Shown here piece by piece: positions 40,625 to 57,808 of a stretch of DNA of 64,000 nt (its first letter is position 1; each line of letters opens with the position of its first letter). The stretch is from NCBI RefSeq assembly GCF_009914755.1, contig NC_060935.1. One strand, 5' to 3'. Source of the stretch: the human T2T-CHM13v2.0 reference genome, Homo sapiens. Both the position numbers and the translations under genes were made by a program. The notes below the pieces were generated by a model, which worked only from the letters and a program-made list of their open reading frames with translations, did no database searches and had not been told where the DNA came from.

Positions 40625-41185
40625 ATCCATTTGGTCATTTATTTAACACACATTTATCCAGTACCTACTAATTTCCAAGCACTGCATATAAGTTACATCA
40701 ATTTTAGTCGATGCTGTGAAGGAACTCTGAATGCAAAGAAAAACAGAAGAACACAATCAAATAACGCAGCACAATGTGGAAAGGTACAAAAAAAAAAAGA
40801 CAGAAGCAAATTATTGAAAGGGGAGTTTGAATTCCCCAGGCAGAGACGCTGGGAAAGAGCATTCAAGGAAGATGGCATGTGTGAGAACAGGGTAATAGGA
40901 GAGAGCTTCGTGTCCTGGGAAAGAAGTGAATGTGGATGGAGCCTAACCACAGAGGGTATGAGATTGCCAAGGCAAATTAAAGGCAGATTATGAGTGGCCT
41001 CATGGGCTTTACTAGGAAGTTTTAAATTCATCATTGCATCATAGATGTCATCGGATGTTTTTAAACATGATTGACGTCGTGTTTTAGAGCCATAATTCCG
41101 ATGACAACATAGAGAATGAACCAGAAAGAAGGTAGAAAGCCAAGTGACTGAGCAGTGTACCTGGTGACTAAGGAGTGTAGCAAAT
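40625..41185 (-). mobile_element. L2 fragment
   Basis: tcatttatttaacacacattta...gagcattcaagg...ggcagattatgagtggcctcat...gttttagagcc. Confidence 0.65.
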
Positions 41186-43380
41186 AAACAATGATACTTC
41201 ATCTGTAGACTATATTTTTTATAGTCACATTTATACCAGTGTATAACTTAATTTGTTTGACATCTACTTAAATATTTATTGAGTGCCTGTTATAGGTCAG
41301 GCCAGGCATATCCTCGGCTTAGGAAAACCCCTGCACATTGCAGTTTATATTTTAGTGGGGAAGCCACACAATAAAGGAACAAATATATAATGCCATATAG
41401 TGATAATGAGAAATTATTAATGTATTAAATTTGTTTATTAAATGTCTAATTTGCCAAACACCATTTTTGTTAAGATTTTAAGAAGTGTAACTAATCCAAG
41501 TAGGGTTTTTAGAAAAATAAATTTGTTTTGGCAATTTTAATAGTATTGCTAGTCAATATGAATAATAGCCTTTAAGTTTTGACTGGCCTGTGGACAAATA
41601 TAGGCAAAATAAACTGAGCTTGCTATGCAAAAATTACATACCCACAGCAAATAGGTCAATCTAGTTTATTAGGGAGAGGTTTTTTTTTGTGTTTTATTTC
41701 TATAGTTAGACCTTTGGGATTTTTAAAATAATATTTATAATAATATTTATTTTAATAATATGGGAAGTAATCATTTTAACAAATGTAAATATGTCTAACT
41801 GATTTATAAAGACAGGGTATCTACTTACATCTGTGTCTTTATGAATCCACTTCAGAGGAAGCTGGTTGTCTATTACATATTTGAAGTATAGCATAACAAA
41901 GCCCAAATAAACTCAAATGTGAAAAAAAAATCTGCTGAAATAAAAGCAAAGAGAATGACTTTGAAGTCATATGACTTTCAGAATTAATCACAATTTCATG
42001 TCAAATATAATTTAAAACATGCAAATGTAAAACCCTGACCAAAAATGGTATTAGCTGAAGTTATTTAATATTGAAGATTACTTCCAAAATTATGAACTGA
42101 ACATATTTTATAGTCTAATTGAGTCATTTTTGTGGGTATAGATTATCAACACTGAAGGGAAATAAGAAAATGATGCTAAAGCAACATTTATGTTTATGCT
42201 AAAGCAACATAAAGTCAGAAATGTATGTGAAAGTTAAGGAAGGAGGTGAGTGAAAGATAATGCTCTAGGAAGAATGTCCTTAAACAACCTTTTAAAACTG
42301 CTCTACAGAACTGCATACCCTAGCTATTGAGACTTCACTGTACATTAGCATATTGAAGTCTCTAAAAATTCCTATGGCAAAGAAACCTCTTAAACCTTAT
42401 TTAACCTAGTGTTCTTTGTAAAATTGGCTGTAAAACACTTTGAAGCCACTTCTTTATAATTTATTTGCCTTGTATTCATCCAAGAAAATAAAAGAAAACT
42501 TGATTTAAGAAAAATGAAAGAAGAAAGGACATTCAGATGATATTATCTCAAATATAATAAAGAAAAGATATATAACAGCAAGGGGCTAGGGTGAGAACAT
42601 CACATATTAAAAGAAGCCTCCCAGAGCCAATGGCTCACACAGTCCTCTACACTGGAGAATCACAGAATCATAGACTCTCAGGTTGACTGGTTCTTAGAAG
42701 TTCATCCATCCTGTGAACAAAATCTTCACCAGGTGCTTATGAATTCCACAGTTGAACAATTTCATCTTCAACATATTTGACGTTAAAATTCAGCAAGTAT
42801 TCCTCCCTAATGATATATCCCTTTGAAACATTCATAACAGTATGTGATATTTGAAGATAACTTTTATTCCCATCACCACCAGCCCCATCAAGTTTTCTTT
42901 ATAATTCAAGAATAGATATCTACTCATTGATATGTCCAATTAGAGACATCTCAAGAAATTAGATATTTGACTTTCTGGTTAAACAAAATTAACTGTATAT
43001 ACTACTACTTTTGGAATTATCATGTTCAAAAAGTATACCATAAGATGTAAATACCATTGAACTATACTGTGAATAGTTTAATTTTTTGTATATAAATGAA
43101 CTGTAAATTTTTATTTTTTAATTTACTGAGAATTTTTTCACAGGAATATCTTAGATTGAACATGGTGTATCTTTTTTTATTTTTTTAAGTTCTGGGATAC
43201 ATGTGCAGAATGTGCAGGTTTATTACATAGGTATACATGTGCCATGGTGGTTTGCTGCACCCATCAACCCGTCATCTACATTAGGTATTTCTTCTAATGC
43301 TATTCCTCCACTAGCCCCCCACTCCCTGACAGGCCCCAGTGTGTGATGTTCCCCTCCCTGTGTCCCTATATTCTCATTGT

Positions 43381-47191
<3,811 letters not shown>

Positions 47192-47254
47192 TATGATGCT
47201 AGCTGATTATTTTGCCCGTTACTTAAAGCAGTTTCTTCATAGTGTCAATGGTCT

Positions 47255-48280
47255 TTACAATTGAGTATGTTTTTTGCAGTGGCTGGTACCAGTTTTTCCT
47301 TTCCATATTTAGTGCTTCAGCAGCTCTTGTAAGGCAGGCCTGGTGGTGACAAAATCTCAGCATTTGCTTGTCTGTAAAGGATTTTATTTCTCCTTCGCTT
47401 ATGAAGCTTAGTTTGGCTGGATATGAAATTCTGGGTTAAAAAATCTACCCTTTAAGAATGTTGAATATTGACCCCCACTCTCTTCTGGCTTGTAGGGTTT
47501 CTGCAGAGAAATCCACTGTTAGTCTGACAGGCTTCCCTTTGTGGGTAACTCAACCTTTCTCTCTGGCTGCCCTTAACATTTTTTCCTTCATTTCAACCTT
47601 GGTGAATCTGACAATTACGTGTCTTGGGGTTGCTCTTCTCAAGGAGTATCTTTGTAGTGTTCTCTCCATTTCCTGAATTTGAATATTGGCCTATCTTGCT
47701 AGGTTGAGGTAGTTCTCCTGGATAATATCCTGAAGAGTGTTTTCCAACTTGCTTCCTTTCTCCTCGTCACTTTCAGGTACACCAATCAAATGTAGGTTTG
47801 GTCTTTTCACATAGTCCCATATTTCTTGGACGCTTTTTCATTAGTTTTCATTCTTTTTTCTCTAACCTTGTATTTATGCTTCATTTCATTAAATTGATCT
47901 TTAATCTCTGATATCCTTTCTTCTCCATGATCAATTCAGCTATTGATATTTGTGTACGCTTCACGAAGTTCTCATGCTGTGTTTTTCAGCTCCACCAGGT
48001 CATTTATGTTCTTCTCCAAACTGGTTATTCTAGTTAGCAATTCCTCTAACCTTTTTTCAAGGTTCTTAGCTTCCTTGCATTGGGTTAGAACATACTCCTT
48101 TAGCCTGCAGTAGTTTGTTATTACCCACCTTCTGAAGCCTACTTCTGTCAATTCATCAAACTCATTCTCTGTCCAGTTTTGTTACCTTGCTGGTGAGGAT
48201 TTGTGATCCTTTGGAGGAGAAGAGGCGTTCTGGTTTTTGGAATTTTCAGCCTTTTTGCACTGGTTTTTCCTCATCTTCAT
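47255..48280 (-). pseudogene. Disrupted L1 ORF1
   Basis: Start region MKMRKNQ (ttcctcatcttcat, ~48280); stop TAA at 47257-47255; no long minus-strand ORF remains. Confidence 0.8.
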
Positions 48281-51193
48281 GGATTTATCTACCTTTTGTC
48301 TTTGATGTTGGTGACCTTCAGATGGGGTTTCTGAGTGGACGTCCTTTTTGTTGATATTGATGCTATTCTTTTCTGTTTGTTAGTTTTCCTTCTCTAACAG
48401 TCAGGACCCTTTTCTGCAGGTCTGCTGCAGTTGGCTGGAGGTCCACTCCAGACCCTGTTTGCCTGGGTATCACCAGTGGAGGCTGCAGAATAGCAAAGAC
48501 TGATGCTTGTTCCTTCCTCTGGAAGCTTCATCCCAAAGGGGCACCCGCCAGATGCCAACTGGAGCTCTCCTGTATGAGGTGTCTATTGGCCCCTACTGGG
48601 AGGTGTCTCCCAGTCAGGAGGCACAGGGGTCAGGGACCCACGTGAGGAGGCAGTCTGTCCCTTAGCAGAGCTCAAGCACTGTGCTGGGAGATCCACTGCT
48701 CTCTTCAGAGCCAGCAGGCAGGAATGTTTAATTCTGCTGAAGCTGTGCCCACAGCCACCCCTTCCCCCAGGTTCTCTGTCACAGGGAGATGGGAGTTTTA
48801 CCTATAAGCTCATGACTGGCACTGCTGCCTTTCTTTCAGAGATGCCCTGTATGGTGAGGAAGAATCTAGAGAGGGAGTCTGGCTACAGTGGCTTTGCTGG
48901 GCTATGGTGTGCTCCGCCCAGTTCAAACTTCCTGGAGACTTTGTTTACAATGTGGGGTAATGGCAGAGGCCCTTCCCTCCACCAAGCTGGAGTGTCCCAG
49001 GTTGACCTCAGACTGCTGTGCTGGCAGCGAGAATTTCAAACCAGTGGATCTTAGCTTGCTGGGCTCCGTAGGGGTGGGATCCACTGAGCTAGACAACTTG
49101 GCTCCCTGGCTTCAGCCCCCCTTTCCAGAGGAGTAAATGGTTCTGTCTCACTGGCATTCCAGGTGCCACTGGGGTATGAAAAAAACTCCTGCAACTAGCT
49201 CAGTGTCTGCCCAAATGGCTGCCTAGCTTTGTGCTTGAAACCCAAAGTCCTGGTGGTGTAGACACCCAAGGGAATCTCCTGGTCTGCAGGTTGTGAAGAC
49301 TGTGGGAAGAGTGTAGTATCTGGGACAGAATGCACCATCCCTCATGGCACATTCTCTTACAGCTTCCCTTGTCTAAGGGAGGGAGTTCCCTGACCTCTTG
49401 TGCTTTCCAAGTGAGGTGACACCCCACCCTGCTTCTGCTCACCCTCCGTGGGCTGCACCCACTGTCTAACCAGTCCCAGTGAGATGAGCCAGGTATCTCA
49501 GTTGGAAATGCAGAAACACCTGCCTTCTGCATTGATCTCGATGGGAGTGGCAGACCGGAGCTGTTCCTATTCGGCCATCTTGCCCAGGTCCCCAGTAGTT
49601 TCATTTTTAATTGATTACTTTGAGCTTGTTGTACATAAATAAAATTACCTATTGGACTGAGTTGTATTTGCCTTACATTTGGGATACGTACATGAACTGT
49701 CATTTTCAATATACATTTGGAAAAGTACAAGCTACACAAAAATAAATCCAAGTTATTTAAGCTTTTCTGCTAATTTGCTTTATTATGCATATATGAAGAA
49801 ACTGCAAACCCAGACTAGGATGCATTAAAGTTTACCTGATAATTCTCCACCTGTGTGTCCCTGTCTTAGCCCCATACAAAATGGAATTAGGAGTACTTTG
49901 TATATATACTGTTATTCAAATCAGCAATATGTTCAGACAAGAGATTATTTGTAAGGAAAGAATTGTGTCTTTGTTTCATTATGAGAAAGCTTGGATTTCT
50001 CATAAACAGGTTTGGTATTCATCAATTATCTAATATGATAGACAATGTTATTCTCACAGGTATATATTTTATTCATTTTTCTCTTATGAAAGATATATTA
50101 ACATTGGCTAAAAATAAGTCTGAATTCCTGTGGTCTAAAGAAGGGAACAGGGTGTAGTGAAAACAGTATGGAAACTATAGTCAAAAGACCCAGCTGGAGT
50201 TCCAGCTTCATCACTTAATGACTATATTTATTTAATGTAATTGTTTATGAAAGGAAGGAATTACCCCTTCCACCCCTTCTAATAATTCTACATCTTATTA
50301 GAACTATATTTATATTGTTTCTTACAAATGTCTCCTTAATTTAAAAAGAGCTTGCTTCTAATGGTTCTTTCAAGCTGTTACATGTGCTTCAAACTCATAA
50401 TCACAAATGCCATACAATCATTTACACCTCTTTGCAAATATTTTAAATCACTAAATTAAAATGTTATTAAATCAAAATGGAGCTGTGCTAAGAATTGTTC
50501 ATAGTTGAGATGATGAGAATCTTATTATCCAAGGCTTGTAGATGTAGAATTTTAGAACCACCATGATAGGCAGAGAGAAGGATATACTCTACAAGTGCTT
50601 TTCAATAGCCATTGGCAGTTCCATGGTGGGATAAAGGGGTGGCATGGAACGAACACAGGACAAGGAATCAAACAGCTGAATTTCAGCACTTGCTTTTCAC
50701 TCTATAGTTCTAGGACCCTATCCAAACCATATCTCTTGTAGGGCACTCAGTTTGCTAATCAATAAAATTGGGGAGAGATGCATATAAAGTGATCTAAAAT
50801 CTGTGACCTGAAAGGATGGAACTGAAGGTCATTTTTTTTAACATTTGGAATAGTCAGAAAAAGAAATAATAAAAAACCGGTACTAAGAATGGATATTCAC
50901 AAGTGAAGACATTTTGAAGGTGAAAATTTTGTTAGAAATAGAAATAATTTACTAAATAAAGACACTGAGTCATTCCTATTAGCCTATGTGAGACAGTAAA
51001 CCTTTTTCAACAGTTTAGATATCCAAATAGAGGTATGGTATCTTATGCAACCTGAGTTTTTAATAATACCTAGAGAGTAAGTATTTAAATATAAATATAG
51101 AATGATACAGAGATGAAAAGCTTGGGATCATTAGCCAACAAAAGTATTTTTTTACATTATCAATTCTACTACTACAATGGTTTACTTGGAGAC

Positions 51194-51678
51194 TGTCATA
51201 GTTGATTTCCCCCAGAGGCTGACCTTAAAACAAAGATTTGTGTGCACACAGTTTGTTTGGGAAGTAAAGAACAGGCTGGAAGAGGAGTAGAGAAATTTAG
51301 TCAATGAAAGATGCATTTATCAAGCAAATTGCCATCTGGGTGACAGGGGGTTAATTCCATTTGGAATGAGTGTAAACTAATTACTGGAGGAGGCTAGTGT
51401 AGAACAAACACTTAGGAATCATGTCATTTGTTGGGCAAGGGAGTTGGAGTACTTATGTACCAACTCCTCTCAGGAATTGTATGTGGGCTGCTGGGAAGGA
51501 GGACATTAATGCTCTGGCACTTCTAAACTCTTCCTTCTCCAAGGGCAATATCAGCTCTGTAGACCACAGAAAACCTACAGGCAAGGAAATTCAGGTGCTG
51601 GCAGTTGGAAGGTGAGCAAGTATGCATTGACATGACAAGGAAACAGATGAGGCAAGACATTGATAGTGTCTATTATGG
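51194..51678 (-). mobile_element. LTR16-like ERVL solo LTR
   Basis: cccccagaggctgacctt..acaaagatttgtgtgca..cagtttgtttggga...ggagttggagtactta...caggtgctggcagttggaag. Confidence 0.65.
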
Positions 51679-51694
51679 TGAGTGACCATAGAGA

Positions 51695-51900
51695 CATCAG
51701 ACTGTATGGCTTTACAGGACTCTGTCACCCAAAGGACCACCTTATCCCAACATCTTTCACTGAAAGTCAGTCAGACTTTGCTAGGAACTTCCAGTGACAG
51801 AGAGATCACTACTTTGAGAGGCAGCCATTCCCTTTATGGGAAACTCTTCTTTCTCTCTCCGTCCTCCAAAAAAGAGTTCTTCCTAATTAGAAACTTCCAT
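51695..51900 (-). mobile_element. L3/CR1 fragment
   Basis: acttccagtgacagagagatcactactttgagaggcagccattcc...agttcttcct. Confidence 0.55.
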
Positions 51901-51934
51901 AATTTCTGACGTCTCCAAGTATAGAAGAAAATAA

Positions 51935-51990
51935 ACACACACACACACACACGCCCCTGCATACACACATACACACACAGACCTACACAC
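51935..51990. repeat. Interrupted (CA)n microsatellite
   Basis: Read directly. Confidence 0.85.
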
Positions 51991-53517
51991 AAATTTGTAC
52001 GTGCATTGGTGTATCATTTCCTTTAAAATATCTGATAAGAATTTACATTACCTAGCCTCCTCCTAAATCTCATCTCACACAAAACAGCCTTAGTTTTTTG
52101 GGGTCTGAAGTACTTTATTTTTCCCACCCATTTTACATCACAGCCCTGAAACTGAAGTCCTGCTGTTATCTTACAAGGTTGTAGTTTAAGTCTGTTGTTT
52201 GTTTGCAAAAGACCCTTGCCTTATATTTTTCTTTTGATGGAACTGAAGTGATACTAAAGCTTTTGTTTTTATCTGCAGTAAAATATTTTAAAGCATTTTG
52301 AAAATCAACATTTGGGGAACATTTGGGAGTCTGGAATTTCTATAGAAAAAGAGGACTAGTGAAAGTGACTGCCCTCATGACAATAAGTTGTCAGTATCAT
52401 GGCCCTAACACCTCTGAATATGTTGTGCCATTTTCTCCATGTCACTGAATTCTCTGGAACATGAAAACAACGGAGAGAGGAATTTCCAGTTGACTTATAA
52501 GATCAAATTAAGAGAAAAACCAGTTATTTCTATTCTAGTGTGCCATTGCATGTCTTTAGTTTGGAAGACCATGTTCAATAGAATGATCACAGCCTGGTAG
52601 TAATAGTTAGAAATAATATACAGCAACTTTTATAGAAGGACTCCTGAGTACTTTATAAACTATTGATATATAAAGGATTAATGTAAAATCTGATTGTGGA
52701 TTAAAGGCCAAACTATCATTAATTTGCAAGTCTCAAATTGACCTTAATATGTTAGTGTTTCTGACATTTATATCCTGATTAACTTCTTTATTCATTCCTT
52801 GAATCAATATTTATTTAGTGTCTATTCATTCTTAAAAGTCTGCCTTGTTCTCTTAAGCAAGTGATATCACTTCTTGAAACCCACTGCGTTCCCCTTATTC
52901 TGCTCTGTATTTTAGTCATTTCTGTGTGTCTCTTCCCCTTATGAGATAATAAACACCCTTGTAACAGCAGCACTGACAGACTTATCTTTATAATCCTTAA
53001 ATCTCTTAGCCTTAATCGTATAGGTAGGAAGTACTCCATTGGCATTTGTTGAACTAAATTGAACTGAAAAGTGAAGTCAATATGGAAAAGTGTCCTAATT
53101 CATTTTCTCCAACTTCCATCAAAGACTAAGGATTTGGAAGTTGCATTCTTGAAGATTGGTTATGCCATAATTTGTTAATAAAACAGTTAAAAATTACAAT
53201 GTTTGTACCTGGCATTCACCTTATTAATATGCATAGGCCTGATTGCCTGATTATAGAATTTAATTATTTGACCAGCACCATGGATATTCCTAAACAACTC
53301 TCTGCTTCTTAAAAAACAAAAACAAAAACAAAACAAACAAAACCCCACACACAGGGAAAAAAAAGTAATGACAAGAATCAATTAGTCACTTCTCTTAAAC
53401 ACGTTATTTTGGTAAGGATTATCATCGTTGAGAGCGTATAATTGATCCTTCCTAAGCTATTCTACAGAACTCTAAACAGACGATCATTATTTTTAGTCTA
53501 GTTGCACCGTTTCTTTT

Positions 53518-54300
53518 TTTTTTTTTTTTAATACTTTTAAGTTCTAGGGTACATGTGCACAATGTGCAGGTTTGTTACATATGTATACATGCGCCATGTT
53601 GGTGTGCTGCACCCATTAACTTCTCATTTACATTAGGTATAACTCCTAATGCTATCCCTCCCCCCTCCCCCACCCCACGGCAGGCCCAGGTGTGTGATGT
53701 TCCCCTTCCTGTGTCCAAGTGTTCTCATTGTTCAATTACCACCTATGAGTCAGAACATACAGTGTTTGGTTTTTTGTCCTTGTGATAGTTTGCTGAGAAT
53801 GATGGTTTCCAGCTTCATCCATGTCCGTGCAAAGGACACAAACTCATCATTTTTTATGGCTGCATAGTATTCCATGGTGTATATGTGCCACATTTTCTTA
53901 ATCCAATCTATCATTGATGGACATTTGGGTTGGTTCCAAGTCTTTGCTATTGGGAATAGTGCTGCAATAAACATACGTGTGCATGTGTCTTTATAGCAGC
54001 ATGATTTATAATCCTTTGGGTATATACCCCGTAATGGGATGGCTGGGTCGAATGGTATTTCTAGTTCTAGATCCTTGAGGAATCGCCCCACTGTCTTCTA
54101 CAATGGTTGAACTAGTTTACAGTCCCACCAACAGTGTAAAAGTGTTCCTAATTCTCCACATCCTCTCCAGCACCTTTATGCAGCCAACAGACACATGAAA
54201 AAATGCTCATCATCACTGGCCATCAGAGAAATGCAAATCAAAACCACAATGAGATACCATCTCACACCAGTTAGAATGGTGATCATTAAAAAGTCAGGAA
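53518..54300 (-). mobile_element. 5'-truncated, 5'-inverted L1 (L1PA4-like): 53518-54175 minus, 54175-54300 plus
   Basis: aagttctagggtacatgtgcacaa...tcatttacattagg; perfect 14-bp TSD gcaccgtttctttt at 53504-53517 and 54301-54314. Confidence 0.95.
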
Positions 54301-55629
54301 GCACCGTTTCTTTTAAAAATATAAAATATGCAGATTGTCTTCCCCTACATTTTTCTGTCTTTAGGAAAGGCCATAATTAATTTTGCAACCAACTACTCAC
54401 CCTGGGCATTGTTTTCCCATGACAACTAAGCCAGCCACACTTGTGTGAACACAGTTCCATTTTATATTCCTATCTTTCAACTCAAACTGTTTCTTTTCCC
54501 TATTTATATATTTTTTAAAAAGCAATTACATAGGAGATACAAGGTTTGGTCTGCACCCACAGTCAACTCATTCAAATTTATTCTTTACAGAAGATACTCT
54601 TCACTTTTGTTGAGATGATGAAAGCCATGTGAAACCACAACGATGACACTGTCAGTTTTACACAATCATTTAAAAATAAACAACACCCTATTTACAGGAC
54701 ACCACTCAATGGATTGTAAATCGAATTTTTTCACAAAGAAACTAAGGCAATGAGAACTTCACAGCGTTTGTGCAGTACATTTGTTTTTTTCCCAGCCAGG
54801 ATCTGGCTCAGCAGAGATACTGATGCCTCTAGCATCACCAGCCAGGTAAATAAATCTCCAGATCCCTGCTCCCCAAGCTCTCAGTTACCAGAATGTTGAT
54901 GCATATGGAGCTCTGCAAGACCTTTTGTGCCAGGAATTTTGTCCCTTTCAGTTCTTTGTGGTATTATAAGTCCTCACTCTTTGAAAATGCGTTGTATAAG
55001 CTTTAATTTATTATAGTTTTTTGCTAAACAATCTTGAATGGACAATGAGTTCTTTATGGAGACACCCAGTGCAGAATTTTTACTGATTCCACATCTTTTT
55101 AACATTTACAAGTATTTCCACTTAAAATGGATTTTTAAAATTAAACTGACACATTTTTGACTGCAGTCACAAAGAAATCACAAGCTGAGAGTGTTAAGAA
55201 ATAAGAGGCAGGGTGCGGACAGGGGCTTAGAGAGTGCAAAATGGCTTAAATAGCCACACCAGAAGAACGTATAGTGAATCAGCAAGAGATAAATAACGGA
55301 TTGCTGAGTGGCAACAACCCCTGCTGTAGCCAAATAGCAGGAATCTGTAGTAGACTCCATAATAGAATATGCCAATATGCCATTTCGTGGCTGAGTGGCA
55401 TCAAGCATCCTCCTGATAATTACCTTTTGCACAAGCTAGACTGGAGATTCCCAGAAAATAAGATGGCTCCATCCTGCTCCACCCATGTTAAATCACTCAA
55501 GTCTAGATTGCCCAATATGACACCTAATTCAGCTATTTCATAAACCGAGCTTTCTCCACAATCCCATCTATTTGTTGCTTGTCCTCATCTTCATGGTAAG
55601 ATTCTCAAGGAAAGTTCTATTTTAGATAA

Positions 55630-56345
55630 ATTGTGGACTAGATAAATCTGGCAATATAAAACATGGAGGAAGGTTATGTAAAATATTATAAATGCATAGC
55701 TGAACTTCCAAGACAGTAAAGAAAATCTTCAGGGGCCAAGATGACAGGCAGCTGTGATGAAGGAAATTGCCAGATTGGGTAGGCTGATTGGTCATTTAAT
55801 GCTTTCCCAAGAACAGAAGCTTTGGGTTCAGTCAAGTCAATACATAAAGCCAGACCAGTGAAGGGCAACAGCCCAATAAAAGGGTATAGCTGAAAAAATT
55901 CTGTCCCCTGTACAGAGTCAACTAAGTGTTTTCTGCCTTGGCCTAGGCTTAGTTTGGTGAGGAAAATATCTTCCTTGAGAATCTGTCGTCACAGCCTTGT
56001 TCTTGAGGCAGATTGTATTTTGAATTTACATCATATACTGTGGTCTGGGAATCTAGAAGCTGAGAACTTATCATAAAAGTGGCCTCAGGCCAGTGATACC
56101 AATATTGCAGTATCTATTAGAAGCAAACAGAAAACATCTTTGAAGGATTATTTTAAGAGATATTGGCAGTGAATTTCCCAGGATTGTTAAAGGGCAATCA
56201 GCCCTCATAGTCAGGAAGTACAACAAATCCTAAACAATATGAACAGAAATTAAAAAGTAAAAATCTAAACAACTTGTACTGAAACTGGAGAACATTAAAA
56301 ATAGAAAGAAGGTCTTGAATGCAATCAAAACAAAAACATAAGATC
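55630..56345 (+). mobile_element. Old L1M (L1ME-like) 5'/ORF1 fragments
   Basis: aaatgcatagctgaactt...gaatttacat...tgtggtctgggaa...gaatttcccagga...tgaaactggagaacattaaa. Confidence 0.55.
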
Positions 56346-56418
56346 AGCAGAAATTTTATTTCACCAATAGCCATGTATACAAAACTCTTTTCCAGCACAA
56401 TTCATATGTTCTGATCTT

Positions 56419-56780
56419 ATTTATTTATTTATTTATTTATTGTTGTGGGTACATAGTAGTATATATATTTATGGGGTCCATGAGATGTTTTGATACAGGC
56501 ATGCAATGAGTAATAATCACATTATGGAGAATGGGGTATCCACCCCCTCAAGCATTTATCCTTTGTGTTATAAACAATCCAATTACACACTTTTAGTTAT
56601 TTTAAAAATGTACAATTAAGTTATTATTGACTATAGTCACCCTGTTGTGCTATAAAATAGTATGTTTTATACATTCTTTCCAGCTATTTTTTTCTGTACC
56701 CATTAACCATTCCCACCTCCCTCCCACCCCCACTACCCTTCCCTGCCTCTGATAACCATTTTTCTACTCTCTATGTCCAT
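56419..56780 (-). mobile_element. L1MA2-like 3' end with (TTTA)n tail
   Basis: gtgggtacatagtag...gagatgttttgatacaggcatgcaatg; degraded TSD catatgttctgatctt / catacattctgatttt. Confidence 0.88.
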
Positions 56781-57754
56781 CATACATTCTGATTTTAAAA
56801 CGGTTTTCCTACATTTCATACATAAGTCACTCAAGTACACAGAATTATTTTTATGGGATAATAAAATGCTTAAAATAATTTAATTTTTGTCTTTGACAAT
56901 GAACGTACCTGAAAATTGTGGCTTTCACTGTTATCATTGACGACACCAGTGAAGTTACAAAGCTGCTCATTAGTAACTGAAATTAGATTTTCTCTTGTTG
57001 AAGGAATTTTCAGTTTTTCAGAGAATGAGAGTTGTAATCTCTAATGCAAAAATAAAATTGAACTTTGAAAAGATCTCTAGAATTTTTTTTAAAAAAAGAT
57101 GTTTGAGTTTCTAATTTCCTAAACATTTCTGAAAACATTCTCAGAAAAAAAAAAAGAATCCAACAGAGAGAAAAGCTTTTTGATTTTTTTTTTCTTTTTG
57201 TAATTATAAGAAAACACTACTGCATTCATATACAGGTGAGAATTCACTAAATATTTTCTGGTATTAGAGATGTCTATAAACAGAGATTGTGCCTTAGAAA
57301 AACCTTGCTTGCTACTCAGTCTACTCATAGATGACTATTCTTACCCTATTAAGACACCAAGCAGCCTATCTTCCATTTTTATAAATTATCAATAAGTGAA
57401 GTACATCTAAATTCTTCGGATGAAAATCATTTTCAGTTTCTATGTTGATGTATTCTCATGAGAAATATATGTAAATGTTGGTTCATAGCATTGTCATTCT
57501 TTTTAAGGAGATTATAATAATTTTCTGAACGAGGTTGATAGAATGTGATTTAAATAAAAGTGGTACTTTTTACCACTTATTCTGAATATGGCTTATCAAT
57601 TCTTCTAACTATAGTACGTGACTTTTATTTTTTAAAAAACTATCATTTTCCCATCATGATTCTACATGGAATTATGCTAAAATAGATAATAATTTTAAAA
57701 TAATATTTCAGTGAATTAAAATTGATTTTCTCTTATTTGCTTATATCTTCACAG

Positions 57755-57808
57755 ATTGTAAGTGTTGGAAAGCATGTTAAAGGCTACCATTATATCATTG
57801 CAAACTTG
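57755..57808 (+). CDS. GRIA4: GluA4 54-nt internal coding exon (probably exon 6), phase 0-0
   Basis: Acceptor tttctcttatttgcttatatcttcacag|, donor TTG|GTAAGA. Translation IVSVGKHVKGYHYIIANL continues in frame from ...NILEQ; GYHYIIANL is the conserved AMPA-receptor ATD motif. Confidence 0.97.

Noticed and set aside
40631-41202. Overlapping 120-aa and 169-aa ORFs
   Set aside because: Lie in an L2 fossil; no protein homology recognised.
48812-49751. ORFs in the L1 5' UTR as ORF0 or new peptides
   Set aside because: No recognisable intact ORF0 peptide; long open frames are expected in a GC-richer UTR.
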